DNA of 35,613 bases from a virus. This document shows positions 1 to 9,300 of the stretch, piece by piece. The stretch spans positions 1-35,613 of IMG/VR virus record IMGVR_UViG_3300045988_137392; one strand, given 5' to 3'. Under the pieces are notes generated by a model. That model saw only the letters and a program-made list of their open reading frames with translations, searched no databases and was not told the DNA's origin. Numbering within the stretch: the stretch's first letter is position 1; the number at the start of each line of letters is the position of its first letter. Both the position numbers and the translations under genes were made by a program.

Positions 1-119
1 AAATGCGGCATTAACGAGTATAATGTAAGTGAAATAAGCAAATACGCTAAGGATAGCTACTACAAGCACAATTATGATGAAGTATATACAGAATATCAAG
101 TGTTAAAAGCATTAAAGGA
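1..119. repeat. Terminal direct repeat copy A (identical to 35495-35613)
   Basis: Base-by-base comparison of the two window ends shows 119/119 identity. The repeat lies inside a coding frame that reads through the junction. Confidence 0.95.
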
Positions 120-123
120 GTGA
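1..123 (+). CDS. 3' end of the minor capsid protein gene that starts at 33755 (continues across the circular junction)
   Basis: Frame 1 reads KCGINEYNVSEISKYAKDSYYKHNYDEVYTEYQVLKALKE then TGA at 121-123. This is the same frame and text as the open end of the window. Confidence 0.8.
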   Translation, partial: KCGINEYNVSEISKYAKDSYYKHNYDEVYTEYQVLKALKE

Positions 124-128
124 TTAAA

Positions 129-302
129 ATGAGATTTCCTATTACAGATGAAATGCGAGAGTTAGAAAAAATTTTCAGACCTTATGAGGAAGGCTGTCAT
201 CTTGTAGAAAATGCCCCGAAAGAAGCTGTGGAAGCAAGAGACAAGTATTACAAACTTTTTGAAGAGGAAAGAGCAAAAAATTCTAATATTGATTTACTTT
301 AA
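129..302 (+). CDS. Hypothetical small protein (57 aa, charged)
   Basis: ATG 129 lies 8 nt after AAGGAG (115-120). Internal start of track ORF 120-302. No domain recognised. Confidence 0.5.
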   Translation: MRFPITDEMRELEKIFRPYEEGCHLVENAPKEAVEARDKYYKLFEEERAKNSNIDLL

Positions 303-333
303 AATCACCTTACACAAGTTTGGAGATGAGATA

Positions 334-471
334 ATGAGCGCTGACAATGACCGCTATTTTGATGGTATTTCACCTGAGCTTCAGCAGGAGCTTGACAAGA
401 TGACCCCCGAAGAAAGGGAGGCATCACTCGAAGCTGAAAAGGAAAAATGCGATGATATGAAGGAATGGTAA
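334..471 (+). CDS. Hypothetical small acidic protein (45 aa)
   Basis: ATG 334 follows GGAGATGAG. In frame with track ORF 211-471. Followed directly by a hairpin-T terminator. Confidence 0.45.
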   Translation: MSADNDRYFDGISPELQQELDKMTPEEREASLEAEKEKCDDMKEW

Positions 472-497
472 ACCGCCCGTAACAAGGCGGTTTTCTT
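472..497 (+). terminator. Intrinsic terminator
   Basis: Stem ACCGCC(472-477)/GGCGGT(486-491), 8-nt loop, then TTTTCTT. Confidence 0.55.
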
Positions 498-521
498 ATG
501 CCCTTGAAAGGAAGTGAAAGT

Positions 522-740
522 ATGAAAGATGTAATGTCAAACCCTTACCCTGCTCCTGAAGATGACAGCGTAATTGCGGTAATCAAATTTATAAGCGGCG
601 AGTGGGTCAAAATCAGATGTTCAGATTATAAATTTAACGATGACTTTGTATGCACCAACAGTAACGGGAAAGCGATTTTTATTGCTCCGAGAGATTGTAT
701 TCTGTGTGTATATGAGGAAAAGTACAGAGTTATCAACTGA
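522..740 (+). CDS. Hypothetical protein (72 aa)
   Basis: ATG 522 lies 7 nt after AAGGAAG. ATG 498 is an alternative start but abuts the terminator and has no SD. Confidence 0.45.
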   Translation: MKDVMSNPYPAPEDDSVIAVIKFISGEWVKIRCSDYKFNDDFVCTNSNGKAIFIAPRDCILCVYEEKYRVIN

Positions 741-800
741 TATGCGCACACTCGAAAGGGTATGCGCTGTTTTTATGCCAAAATGAAAGGATATGATGTT

Positions 801-1292
801 ATGAAAAAGATTTTTATTTCTCAGCCGATGAATGGCAAGAGCAAGGAAGAGATCCTCGCAGCAAGAAACAATATGATCGCCAAGGCTTCGGAAAAACTCG
901 GAGATGAAGTGGAGGTTATCGACAGCTATTTCAAGGATTATGACCCTAAAAACGGCTGTATCCCACTGAAATATCTTTCAAAGGCTCTTGAACTGCTTGC
1001 CGATGCCGATATGCTTATTCTCGGTGATAATTGGGAAGCTGCCAGGGGCTGCCGAATTGAATTTATTTCCGCAATATCTTATGATATCCCTGCATATCAG
1101 TTCGATAGCAAGGGCGAGCTGGTCACTGCAAGGCATAACCCTATGGTCAAGCTTAAAGACAAGGAACCTATTTGCCTTATCGCTGACCTTCATATGTCGC
1201 CCGATGAATGCTATATCATTCACGGCTCCCACAAATTCTGTGATGATGTAACCCGTTTTACGGAAGACGATGTGGAGTTTATCATTATGTGA
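801..1292 (+). CDS. DUF4406 / nucleoside 2-deoxyribosyltransferase-like protein with about 60-aa C-terminal extension (163 aa)
   Basis: N-terminus MKKIFISQPMNGKS and LILGDNWEAARGCRIEFISAISYDIPAY resemble the DUF4406 pattern (MKIYISGP...GW..S.GA..E...A). ATG 801 lies after AAAGGA. Confidence 0.45.
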   Translation: MKKIFISQPMNGKSKEEILAARNNMIAKASEKLGDEVEVIDSYFKDYDPKNGCIPLKYLSKALELLADADMLILGDNWEAARGCRIEFISAISYDIPAYQFDSKGELVTARHNPMVKLKDKEPICLIADLHMSPDECYIIHGSHKFCDDVTRFTEDDVEFIIM

Positions 1293-1380
1293 TATGATAT
1301 CGCAAACGGCTATAAATCATATTTTGTTGAAGCCGACAAAACATATCCCCCTCGAAATCAAGGGGGGGTAAAAAGTAAAT

Positions 1381-1407
1381 CAGCAGCTTTACGGCTGCTT
1401 TTTTTAT
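1381..1407 (+). terminator. Intrinsic terminator
   Basis: Stem AGCAGC(1382-1387)/GCTGCT(1394-1399) followed by a T-run. Preceded by a second hairpin CCCCC(1347-1351)/GGGGG(within 1362-1368). Confidence 0.6.
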
Positions 1408-1482
1408 GCCCTAAACGTACTTACGGCGTTAAACTGAGGACGGAAAAAACAAGCCGACAGGCTATAAACGGAGGTAATCATA

Positions 1483-2094
1483 ATGGCAGAAACAAACACA
1501 ACCGTAACCGAAACCAACAAGGCTGAAAATGGCTCCACGGGAGCCTACGGAGGTGATCCCACACAGGCTGTAAAGGGCGGAGCAAATCTCCCTGAAAAGG
1601 CTGTATCTACGTCTGAGCCTGAGCAGACGGCAAAAACATTTACCCAGGCAGAACTTGACGCAATAGTCAAGCAGAGACTTGAAAGGGCGGCAAAGGGTCA
1701 GCCCTCAAAGGAAGAGATGGAAGCGTTCCGCAAGTGGCAGGACAGTCAGAAAACTGCCGAACAGCTTTCACAGGAAAAGATATCTGCTGCCGAAAATGGC
1801 AGGGCAGAGGCTGAGAAGAGAGCGCAGGCGGCTGAGGCTAAGTGCTGCGCTTATTCCAAGGGTGTAACTGCCGAGGCTGTAGATGACGTTATCGCCCTTG
1901 CCATGGCAAAGGTATCGGACGATATGCCCATTGAAAAGGCTATTGATGCGGTCATCTCAAAATACCCTTCTTTCTGCTCTGCGAAAAGCGCCCCTCAGGG
2001 TGTCACCACAGGGGTAAGCTTCGGGAACGGCGGCAAGCAGCCTTCGGGCGTAGAGGCGGCGTTCCTTGCGAAAAATCCCAACATAAAAATCTAA
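1483..2094 (+). CDS. Capsid scaffolding protein (DUF4355-like)
   Basis: Sits immediately upstream of the major capsid gene. Low-complexity N-terminus, FTQAELDAIVKQRLERA motif, Ala/Glu-rich helical middle. SD GGAGG. Confidence 0.7.
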   Translation: MAETNTTVTETNKAENGSTGAYGGDPTQAVKGGANLPEKAVSTSEPEQTAKTFTQAELDAIVKQRLERAAKGQPSKEEMEAFRKWQDSQKTAEQLSQEKISAAENGRAEAEKRAQAAEAKCCAYSKGVTAEAVDDVIALAMAKVSDDMPIEKAIDAVISKYPSFCSAKSAPQGVTTGVSFGNGGKQPSGVEAAFLAKNPNIKI

Positions 2095-2114
2095 AAACAG
2101 GAGGAATGTAATTT

Positions 2115-3218
2115 ATGGCACATGAAGCACAGGAAAGATATTCGGCTCTGGTCCTGGCAAAAATTCGTCAGGAAAACAAGCTGAAAAACGGCGTTGTATT
2201 TAACACCGACTACGAGGGCAGCCCCAAGGCGGGCGTTGTAAAGATCCCCGTAAGAGATGCGGAGGTGGAGGTATCGGACTACGACCGTGCAAACGGCATT
2301 CCCGTTAAGCACGGCAGCACATCTTACATCAACTTCCCCATCGACAAGGAAAAGGCAGTAAATGAGCTTATCGACGGCTACGATGCGCAGCTTGTCCCCG
2401 ACAACCTTGTTGCGGACAGACTTGACAGCGCAGGCTATGCCCTTGCCGTTGCTGAGGATACTGACGGCGCTACCGTACTTCTCGCAGGCGCTACCGTTAC
2501 CAACATCGGTGCGCTTACCGTTGACGGCATTTACAGCGATATCGTGGATATCAGGCAGCAGATGAGCGAGGCCAATATTCCCGATGACGGCAGACGCTAT
2601 CTGCTGGTTACCCCTGCGACCTACTCATTTATCCTTAAGTCCCCTGAGTTCGTCAAGGCTTCTTCTCTGGGCGACAACGTAGTTCAGAGCGGTATCGTGG
2701 GCCGCATCGCTGGTTTTAACGTCATTGAATGGAATGACAGGACTGCGGGTCTGGCAATGATCGCAGGCCACCCCAGATTTGCGACCAGAGCGGAAGAGTT
2801 CTCCGTTCCCGTACATCTCCAGGACATGAACGGTTCGGGCAAGTACATCGGTGCAAGTGCGGTACAGGGAAGGATCGCATATGCTCACAAGGTGCTCAGA
2901 AGCGTGGCTATCCGTGCGGTATATGCTCCCGGTTCTCTCAAGCTCACAGCGGCGGCAGGCAGCACAAAGGGCAAGACTGTTATCACCGTTGCGGCAGGCG
3001 GCGATGCAAGCGGCACTTATGCGTACAAGGTAAATCCTTCCGCAAGGGCTGTTTACGGCGAGACTTCCACCGCATACGCAGGTACAGAGCTTACCAGCGG
3101 CACTACCGAAATTGCGGCGGCTGAGGGCAATGTTATCGAGGTAGTTTGCTTTAACTCGGACAGCAAGGCGGTCACTGTCGGCTATATCACCGTGACTGCT
3201 GCGATGCTTAAGGCGTAA
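2115..3218 (+). CDS. Major capsid protein with C-terminal Ig-like extension
   Basis: 367 aa, follows the scaffold gene, strong SD AGGAGG. The C-terminal about 90 aa (LKLTAAAGSTKGKTVITV...TVGYITVT) look like a beta-rich decoration domain. Confidence 0.8.
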   Translation: MAHEAQERYSALVLAKIRQENKLKNGVVFNTDYEGSPKAGVVKIPVRDAEVEVSDYDRANGIPVKHGSTSYINFPIDKEKAVNELIDGYDAQLVPDNLVADRLDSAGYALAVAEDTDGATVLLAGATVTNIGALTVDGIYSDIVDIRQQMSEANIPDDGRRYLLVTPATYSFILKSPEFVKASSLGDNVVQSGIVGRIAGFNVIEWNDRTAGLAMIAGHPRFATRAEEFSVPVHLQDMNGSGKYIGASAVQGRIAYAHKVLRSVAIRAVYAPGSLKLTAAAGSTKGKTVITVAAGGDASGTYAYKVNPSARAVYGETSTAYAGTELTSGTTEIAAAEGNVIEVVCFNSDSKAVTVGYITVTAAMLKA

Positions 3219-3229
3219 GGAGTGATTTT

Positions 3230-3604
3230 ATGGCGGCTGACAGGGATTTCTACATAAACATCTACGGCGGCGTGGAGTATGACGACCTGAGCCGCCTGCT
3301 CCTCCGTGCGGGAAACGTGATAGACAGCGTTATCCTCACCGAGCCTGACGGGGAAACCCAGGAAAGGGCATATAATTTTGCTGTATGCGCTCAGGCGGAA
3401 TATATAGGGCTGTGCGGCGGTGTTGAGCCGTGGTGCAGTATTGTATCGGGCGGCGTATCATCGTTCACTGTGGGCTCGTTCTCCATGTCTCAGGGGGGTG
3501 CTTCGGGCAGCGGTGCGGGCGGCAGCTCTGCGGGAGTATGCTCCGGGGCGCTTGCCTATCTGGACAAGGCGGGGCTTTTATACAGGGGGTGCGGCGTATG
3601 CTGA
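3230..3604 (+). CDS. Putative head-tail connector protein
   Basis: First gene after the capsid gene, SD AAGGAG, 124 aa with a Gly/Ser-rich C-terminus. Function assigned from position only. Confidence 0.4.
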   Translation: MAADRDFYINIYGGVEYDDLSRLLLRAGNVIDSVILTEPDGETQERAYNFAVCAQAEYIGLCGGVEPWCSIVSGGVSSFTVGSFSMSQGGASGSGAGGSSAGVCSGALAYLDKAGLLYRGCGVC

Positions 3605-3939
3605 CGGCGGCTATTCCCCGCTATCTTTTGCCGCATTACGCCGATGTTATCCGCAAAACAGCTTCCGACGGCTGGGGCGGCGGCAATACTGAGGTCGCTG
3701 CTGTGCTCAGATGGGTACGCATAACCCCTGCACGCTCTCAGACGTTTGCTCTGGGGGGCGATATCCCGCAGGTAAGCGCTAAGATGTTTTACGACTGCCG
3801 CAACAGCACACCTGAGGACTTTGAGTTCCGCACGGGCGATATTATCCGCTTTATGGGGCGTGATTACGTTGTGCAGAAAATCGAAACATACTTTGCGGAC
3901 GGCGGAGAGCCGCACCATCTGGAGGTGATACTGACATGA
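3598..3939 (+). CDS. Head-tail adaptor / head closure protein (Phage_H_T_join-like)
   Basis: ATG 3598 overlaps the upstream stop (ATGCTGA). 113 aa ending ...GDIIRFMGRDYVVQKIETYFADGGEPHHLEVILT, typical of this family. Confidence 0.55.
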   Translation: MLTAAIPRYLLPHYADVIRKTASDGWGGGNTEVAAVLRWVRITPARSQTFALGGDIPQVSAKMFYDCRNSTPEDFEFRTGDIIRFMGRDYVVQKIETYFADGGEPHHLEVILT

Positions 3940-4373
3940 GTGTTGATGTACATATAAACGGGCCCGATATGTCTATTGTGGCTGACAGGGCTATGAGAGC
4001 GGCTTTGTTTGCTGTTGCGGAACAGGCGCTTGGAGACTGCAACAAATACTGCAAGCAGGATTTTGGAGGACTGATTTTCAGCTCCGTTATTCACACTCCT
4101 TTGGCAAGCAATTACCGCCTCAGCAATGACACTCCCGAAAAGGAACGTGAATGGGCTATGAGCTCTCCCGGTTCTGACCTTGAAGCAAATGAAGAAAATG
4201 AAGTAGTTCTCCGATGGGTAATGCCTTATGCAGCTTATCAATATAAGCTTCCAAATGCTTATCCCGATAAGAACACTCTTGCACAGAGCGAGTGGTGCGA
4301 GGTTGCCGAAAACAATCACAGGCAGCAGTGGGATATCACTTTCCGAAACACATTAAGGAGCAACGGGCTATGA
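3936..4373 (+). CDS. Putative tail-proximal connector / minor capsid-type protein (HK97 gp10-like position)
   Basis: ATGA overlap with the upstream gene. 145 aa. Function assigned from position in the connector cassette. Confidence 0.4.
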   Translation: MSVDVHINGPDMSIVADRAMRAALFAVAEQALGDCNKYCKQDFGGLIFSSVIHTPLASNYRLSNDTPEKEREWAMSSPGSDLEANEENEVVLRWVMPYAAYQYKLPNAYPDKNTLAQSEWCEVAENNHRQQWDITFRNTLRSNGL

Positions 4374-4744
4374 TATACGACAAATTCCCCGAAAAGGCAA
4401 GGGAACTGGGGGACATTGACATTGTGGGCGTTGTTTCTGAAAATGACCGCACGGCTGTAATGCTTGCAGGAGCAAAGGTGCTGAAAAAATATTTTGACGG
4501 CACCAAAAAAGTACAGCTCACCCTGCAGATAACGGCGATGGGCGGCATAGACAAGCAAAAGGATCTTATCGGCAGGCTCAGCGGCATTTTAAATTCGCTG
4601 GTGTACGGCGAATGGGACATTGAGGGTATTACTCAGCCCAGATGCAGGATAACCAATTTCCCCACTCCCACAGTTAAGAACGCTCACTGCTGGATATATG
4701 CGGCGAGTGTAAACATTGATTTTTATACCAAGGAGGTAATCTGA
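4370..4744 (+). CDS. Putative tail terminator / tail completion protein
   Basis: ATG 4370 overlaps the upstream TGA (ATGA). 124 aa. Last gene before the major tail protein. Confidence 0.4.
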   Translation: MIYDKFPEKARELGDIDIVGVVSENDRTAVMLAGAKVLKKYFDGTKKVQLTLQITAMGGIDKQKDLIGRLSGILNSLVYGEWDIEGITQPRCRITNFPTPTVKNAHCWIYAASVNIDFYTKEVI

Positions 4745-5406
4745 TGTTACTGAAAGATATGTTCAAGGGGGTAAAGACTGACCCCAATTTCAAGGGCTTC
4801 CTGACCACTGACAATATGGTAATTGCGGTGGATATCTCGGAAGAGCAGAACGCTGATGTAGATGACTATGCTGTTGTCTGCTACGGCGGCGGTACCGACC
4901 GTTCTTCATCGCTGAACCCCGAGGAAAAGACCAACAGCTATTACTACAAGGGCAAATCTACCCTTAAAACAGGCAACCAGAGAAGCATTGACTTCACTGA
5001 GGACCGTTACATCGGCGATGAGTTCCAGGACTATGCGCTGAGCCATGAGCAGAAGTATGCCATCGGTCAGGCGGCTATCAAGAACTACGTTTATTTCAAC
5101 ACCCTCACAGGCGAGGGCGAAAAGGGCAAGGGCTCCCTTATCATCTCCGATGACGGAAGCGGCGCACCTGAGGAGAACCTCTCCATCAGCGGCAGCATCA
5201 AGAAGTCAGGCGACAACCCTGTTAAGTTCACCTATCAGGGCTTCGGCGGTTACACTGTGCTTGACAGCTCGCCTTCCGACTGGGCTACCAAATATGACAG
5301 CTACTATGAGCGCAAGGACGGCGCATTCGCAAAGCTTGTCAAGGGCAGCTCTGCGCCCGAATTTGCAAAGGGCAAGTATTACAGCAAGGACGGGGAAGCG
5401 GCGTGA
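4744..5406 (+). CDS. Major tail protein
   Basis: 220 aa, SD AAGGAGG. Sits before the chaperone pair and tape measure. Followed by a terminator, as is usual for highly expressed tail tube genes. Confidence 0.7.
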   Translation: MLLKDMFKGVKTDPNFKGFLTTDNMVIAVDISEEQNADVDDYAVVCYGGGTDRSSSLNPEEKTNSYYYKGKSTLKTGNQRSIDFTEDRYIGDEFQDYALSHEQKYAIGQAAIKNYVYFNTLTGEGEKGKGSLIISDDGSGAPEENLSISGSIKKSGDNPVKFTYQGFGGYTVLDSSPSDWATKYDSYYERKDGAFAKLVKGSSAPEFAKGKYYSKDGEAA

Positions 5407-5412
5407 TCATAC

Positions 5413-5438
5413 GGGGTCGATTTCGACCCCTTTTATTT
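5413..5438 (+). terminator. Intrinsic terminator
   Basis: GGGGTCGA(5413-5420) TT TCGACCCC(5423-5430) followed by TTTTATTTT. Confidence 0.65.
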
Positions 5439-5459
5439 TAAACTGAAAGGGTGGATTTT

Positions 5460-5780
5460 ATGGCATACAGATTTAAAGACCGCATTTGTACGGTAGAGAT
5501 CGAGGACAAGAAATATCCCATATCTTTTTCGCAGGCTATGTCCGAAAGGGTAACAGAGGCTGCTGTGAAGCTGAGAGAGCTTAAGGGCTGCAAAGATGAG
5601 GCTGCTGTTGTGGCTGCCATTGACAATGCTATTGACGCCGCTCTGGGTGACGGCTGCGCTGCTGAGATCTTCGAGGGCAGGACTGCTTCGGCTGTGGAGC
5701 GCCTGGACGTACTGAAATACATTCAGGTCGAGACTGCGGCGTTTACCGACCGCTTTGCCGATGTTCGCACCAAACAGTAA
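5460..5780 (+). CDS. Tail assembly chaperone (gpG-like position)
   Basis: 106 aa, ATG 5460 after GAAAGGGTGG. Lies between the major tail protein and the tape measure. Confidence 0.6.
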   Translation: MAYRFKDRICTVEIEDKKYPISFSQAMSERVTEAAVKLRELKGCKDEAAVVAAIDNAIDAALGDGCAAEIFEGRTASAVERLDVLKYIQVETAAFTDRFADVRTKQ

Positions 5781-6378
5781 GATACTGACCGTAAACGGCG
5801 TTAAGATACCCATTGACCCCGATTTCCGCATAATGTGCGAATACTCGGCGGCGGTGCTAAGGCGGTGCACCGAGGGGCTTACCGATATCGTGAGCCGCTT
5901 TTATTTTGCGGGGCTGCCCGAGGGCATAGGTGCTGCGAAAGCGGCGGAGGCTATGGACGAATTTTACGTCAGAGGGCTGTCGGCGGCAAAGGACAACAGC
6001 ACCATAGGCAGCAAGACCCCTGTCCCCTGCTTTGATTTTGCGGAGGACGAGGGGTATTTTTATGCGGCGTTCATGGGGGCATACAGCATTGACCTGAGGA
6101 CGGCAAAGCTTCACTGGCTGGACTTCTGCGCACTGTTCAAGGGGTTGCCCGATGACTGCAAGCTCAGACAGATAATCGGCATAAGGGCGCAGAACCTTGG
6201 CGAGATAAAGTCAGGCGCAGAGCGCAAGAGGATATCAAAGCTCAAAAGTATTTACGGGCTCAAGGTAAAGGTCAAGCGCAGATTTGAAGCTGCAGCTGAC
6301 CGCAACGCTGCCATTGCTGCCGACCTTAAACGCAGGGCTGAGGAAGCTGAAAAGAAAATGCGGGAGGTGAGAAAATGA
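5755..6378 (+). CDS. Second tail assembly protein (Phage_Gp15-like / gpT-like position)
   Basis: 207 aa. Overlaps the preceding gene in the +1 frame. Only TTG 5755 or ATG 5761 are available as starts and neither has an SD. ILTVNGVKIPIDPDFRIMCEY resembles Gp15-family N-termini. Confidence 0.5.
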   Translation: MPMFAPNSKILTVNGVKIPIDPDFRIMCEYSAAVLRRCTEGLTDIVSRFYFAGLPEGIGAAKAAEAMDEFYVRGLSAAKDNSTIGSKTPVPCFDFAEDEGYFYAAFMGAYSIDLRTAKLHWLDFCALFKGLPDDCKLRQIIGIRAQNLGEIKSGAERKRISKLKSIYGLKVKVKRRFEAAADRNAAIAADLKRRAEEAEKKMREVRK

Positions 6379-9300
6379 GTGAAGCGGGCGAGATAAAATA
6401 CAAGATCACGGGCGATGACAACGGGCTGAAAGCCTCCCTCGACAATGCCAAGAGGCAGGCAGAACAGACTGCTGCATCTATGGCAGCGGCGAGTGACAGC
6501 ATCGAACAGGTAGGCACGAATGCAGCGGCGGCGGCAACAGCTCTGAGCAGCACGGCTTCTGCGGCTGCAAGGGCTGCCGAAAACACGTCACAGGCGGCGG
6601 CAGGGGCTGAAAGAATGGGGGCTTCCGTATCAGCGGCTTCCGGAAGCATTGCTTCCTTTGCCAACAGCTCACAGGCATTTATGCAGGGGCCTCTTGCCCA
6701 GATGGGGCAGGTGTCCTCGCAGGCTCAGGGCGTTGTGCGTGACCTTGACGATGTGGGCAATGCAGCTCAGAACGCTGGTCAAAAAGGCGAGGAAGCAGGA
6801 AAAAAGGGCGAAAGCGCTCTGGGAAAGATAGGCTCTGCGGCGGGCAAGGCGGCACTGGAGATAGGCAAGATATCTCTTGCGGCTGTGGGTGCTGCGTCTG
6901 CGGCGGTAGGGGCTGTTTCCAAGGCGGCTATTGACAGCTATGCCAACTACGAGCAGCTTGTAGGCGGCGTTGAAACGCTGTTCGGCGATTCCGCCGATGT
7001 GGTCAAGGGCTATGCGGAAGAGGCTTTTTCCACTGTGGGAATGTCCTGCAATGATTATATGGAAACTGTCACAGGCTTTGCGGCTTCTCTTGTCAGCAGT
7101 CTTGGCGGTGACACTGCCACTGCAGCCCAAAAGGCTAACACTGCCGTTGCTGACATGGCAGATAACGCCAACAAGATGGGCACTGATATGCAATCTATAC
7201 AAAATGCGTATCAGGGATTTGCAAAGCAGAACTATACAATGCTTGACAACCTAAAATTAGGCTATGGCGGCACGAAAGAGGAAATGGAGCGGCTTCTTGA
7301 AGAGGCTGAAAAAATTCAGAAAACCAAATTCGGCGTTGATGTTGATTATGATGTTTCCAGCTTTTCGGATATTGTTGACGCTATTCACGTTGTGCAGACT
7401 GAAATGGGCATTTCAGGTCTTACCGCAAAGCAGGCAGCGGAAGCTGTTGCAAGCGGGGCTATGACTGAGGAAGAAGCTTTTGACGCAATGGGAACAACGG
7501 CAAAGGAAGCTTCTACCACCATTCAGGGCTCCATCGCCACAATGCAGGGAGCATGGCAGAACCTTATGACAGGCATTGCCGACCCTGCGCAGGATTTTGA
7601 TAAGCTGCTGGGTGATGTTATTGACAGCGTTGTTACGGTTTCAAACAATCTTATGCCCCGAATTATGGCGGTACTGCCGCAGATGGCAACAGGCATTACA
7701 GAGCTTACCGAAAATCTTCTGCCCCTTATTCCCGACACGCTGGAACAGATGCTGCCTTCCGTTATTGAGGGCGCTAACAGCCTTATTGCGGCGCTGCTTG
7801 ATACTCTCAGCTCCATTGCTGACACTGCCATACCCATTGTTACGGAAAACGCAGATGAGATAATAAACACTCTGCTGTCGGGGCTTATCTCGGCAATTCC
7901 CAGCCTTGCATCTTCTGCGGCTGACCTTTGCACGGCGCTTATAACGGCAATACTCGACAATGCCGACATCATCACACAGGGTGCTGTGGATATTGTGCTG
8001 GCTCTGGCTCAGGGGCTGACGGACAATCTGGACAGCCTTGTTCCTGCGGTGGTAAATGCAGCTCTGACGATAACCGAAACGCTGCTGGACAATGCGGACA
8101 AGCTTATTGACGCAGGCGTGCAGCTTATCGGAGCCATTGCGGAGGGACTTGCGGCATCAATCCCGCAGCTTTTGCAGCAGGCGCCTGTTATCATCGAAAA
8201 GCTTGTGGTCGCCCTGATGGACGCAGGACAGGCGCTGATAACCGATGTGCCTAAGTCTATTTGTGAAAACATAGTAAGCGGTCTTAAATCATTTGACTGG
8301 ACTGAGGGTGCCAACAGCACCATTGCAGGACTTAATGAGGCTATGGAAAAGGCTGCTGACAATATGGCAAAAGATGACGGTTATGTTGTGCTTGGGTCAC
8401 AGGAAGAGGCGGACGCACGTTTGCAGGCAGCTCTGGACGAGCTGGAAGCCAAGAACGGAGGGCTGACAGGAGCATACAAGGAGCTTGCGGACAGTCTGAG
8501 CGCCTCGGCTGATGACACGGCAGAGGCGGCGGAGGAAGCAGGCACAACTGTTTCCGAGGCTATAGCTGACAGTATGCCCGATGCAGGCGTTGACGGCGTG
8601 GTAGATAAGTCGGAAATGCTTGATGCGGCGCTCAAGGAGCTGGAGGACAAATATGCTGTCCACAAGGTCACGGAAGAAGAATACTGGGCAGGCAGAAAAG
8701 CCGCATTAGAGCAGTACCGCAATGAGGAAGATGCTGAGTGGTGGAAGCTTTATGACAAGGTGACGGAGCATTATGACAAGCTTGCGGACACCGAGGCAAA
8801 GGCGGCTGAAAAGGCTGCAAAAGAAGCGGAGCAGGCTAAAAAGGACGCTGAAAACGCCCTGAAAACTTCCGTCGAGGACAAGTTCCGAGAAATTGAAACC
8901 GAGCAGCTGGAAAAGGGCTATGACGACAGCTGGCTGCTGGAGCAGGAGAGGGCATTTATTGAGACCCTTGACCACAATTCGTACACGTATCAGGACTACA
9001 ACCTCAAGCTGCTGAAAGAACAGAAAAGCTATGATGACAAGGCTCTGAAAGAGGTTGAAACCGCTGCCAAAAAGCAGCGGGACACTCTTGAAAAAGCCTA
9101 TGACAGCGTTGTAAAATCCCGTGACAGTCTGGCAAGCAGTCTGAAAGGCAGCAGTGGCGATATCTTCAACAGCTCTGAGGAAACGGACAAGCGGACGGGG
9201 GCTAAAACCAAGTCAAACAAGATAGACCTTAGCGGATTTGAGAAAAAGCTGGCTGCCAAGAAAAAGCTGACATCAAAAATCGCCGAGCTGTACGAAAAAA

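Noticed and set aside
5045-5446. Possible +1 extension of the major tail protein (as in SPP1 gp17.1*)
   Set aside because: The +1 frame closes only 40 nt past the major tail stop codon, so no meaningful extension domain exists.
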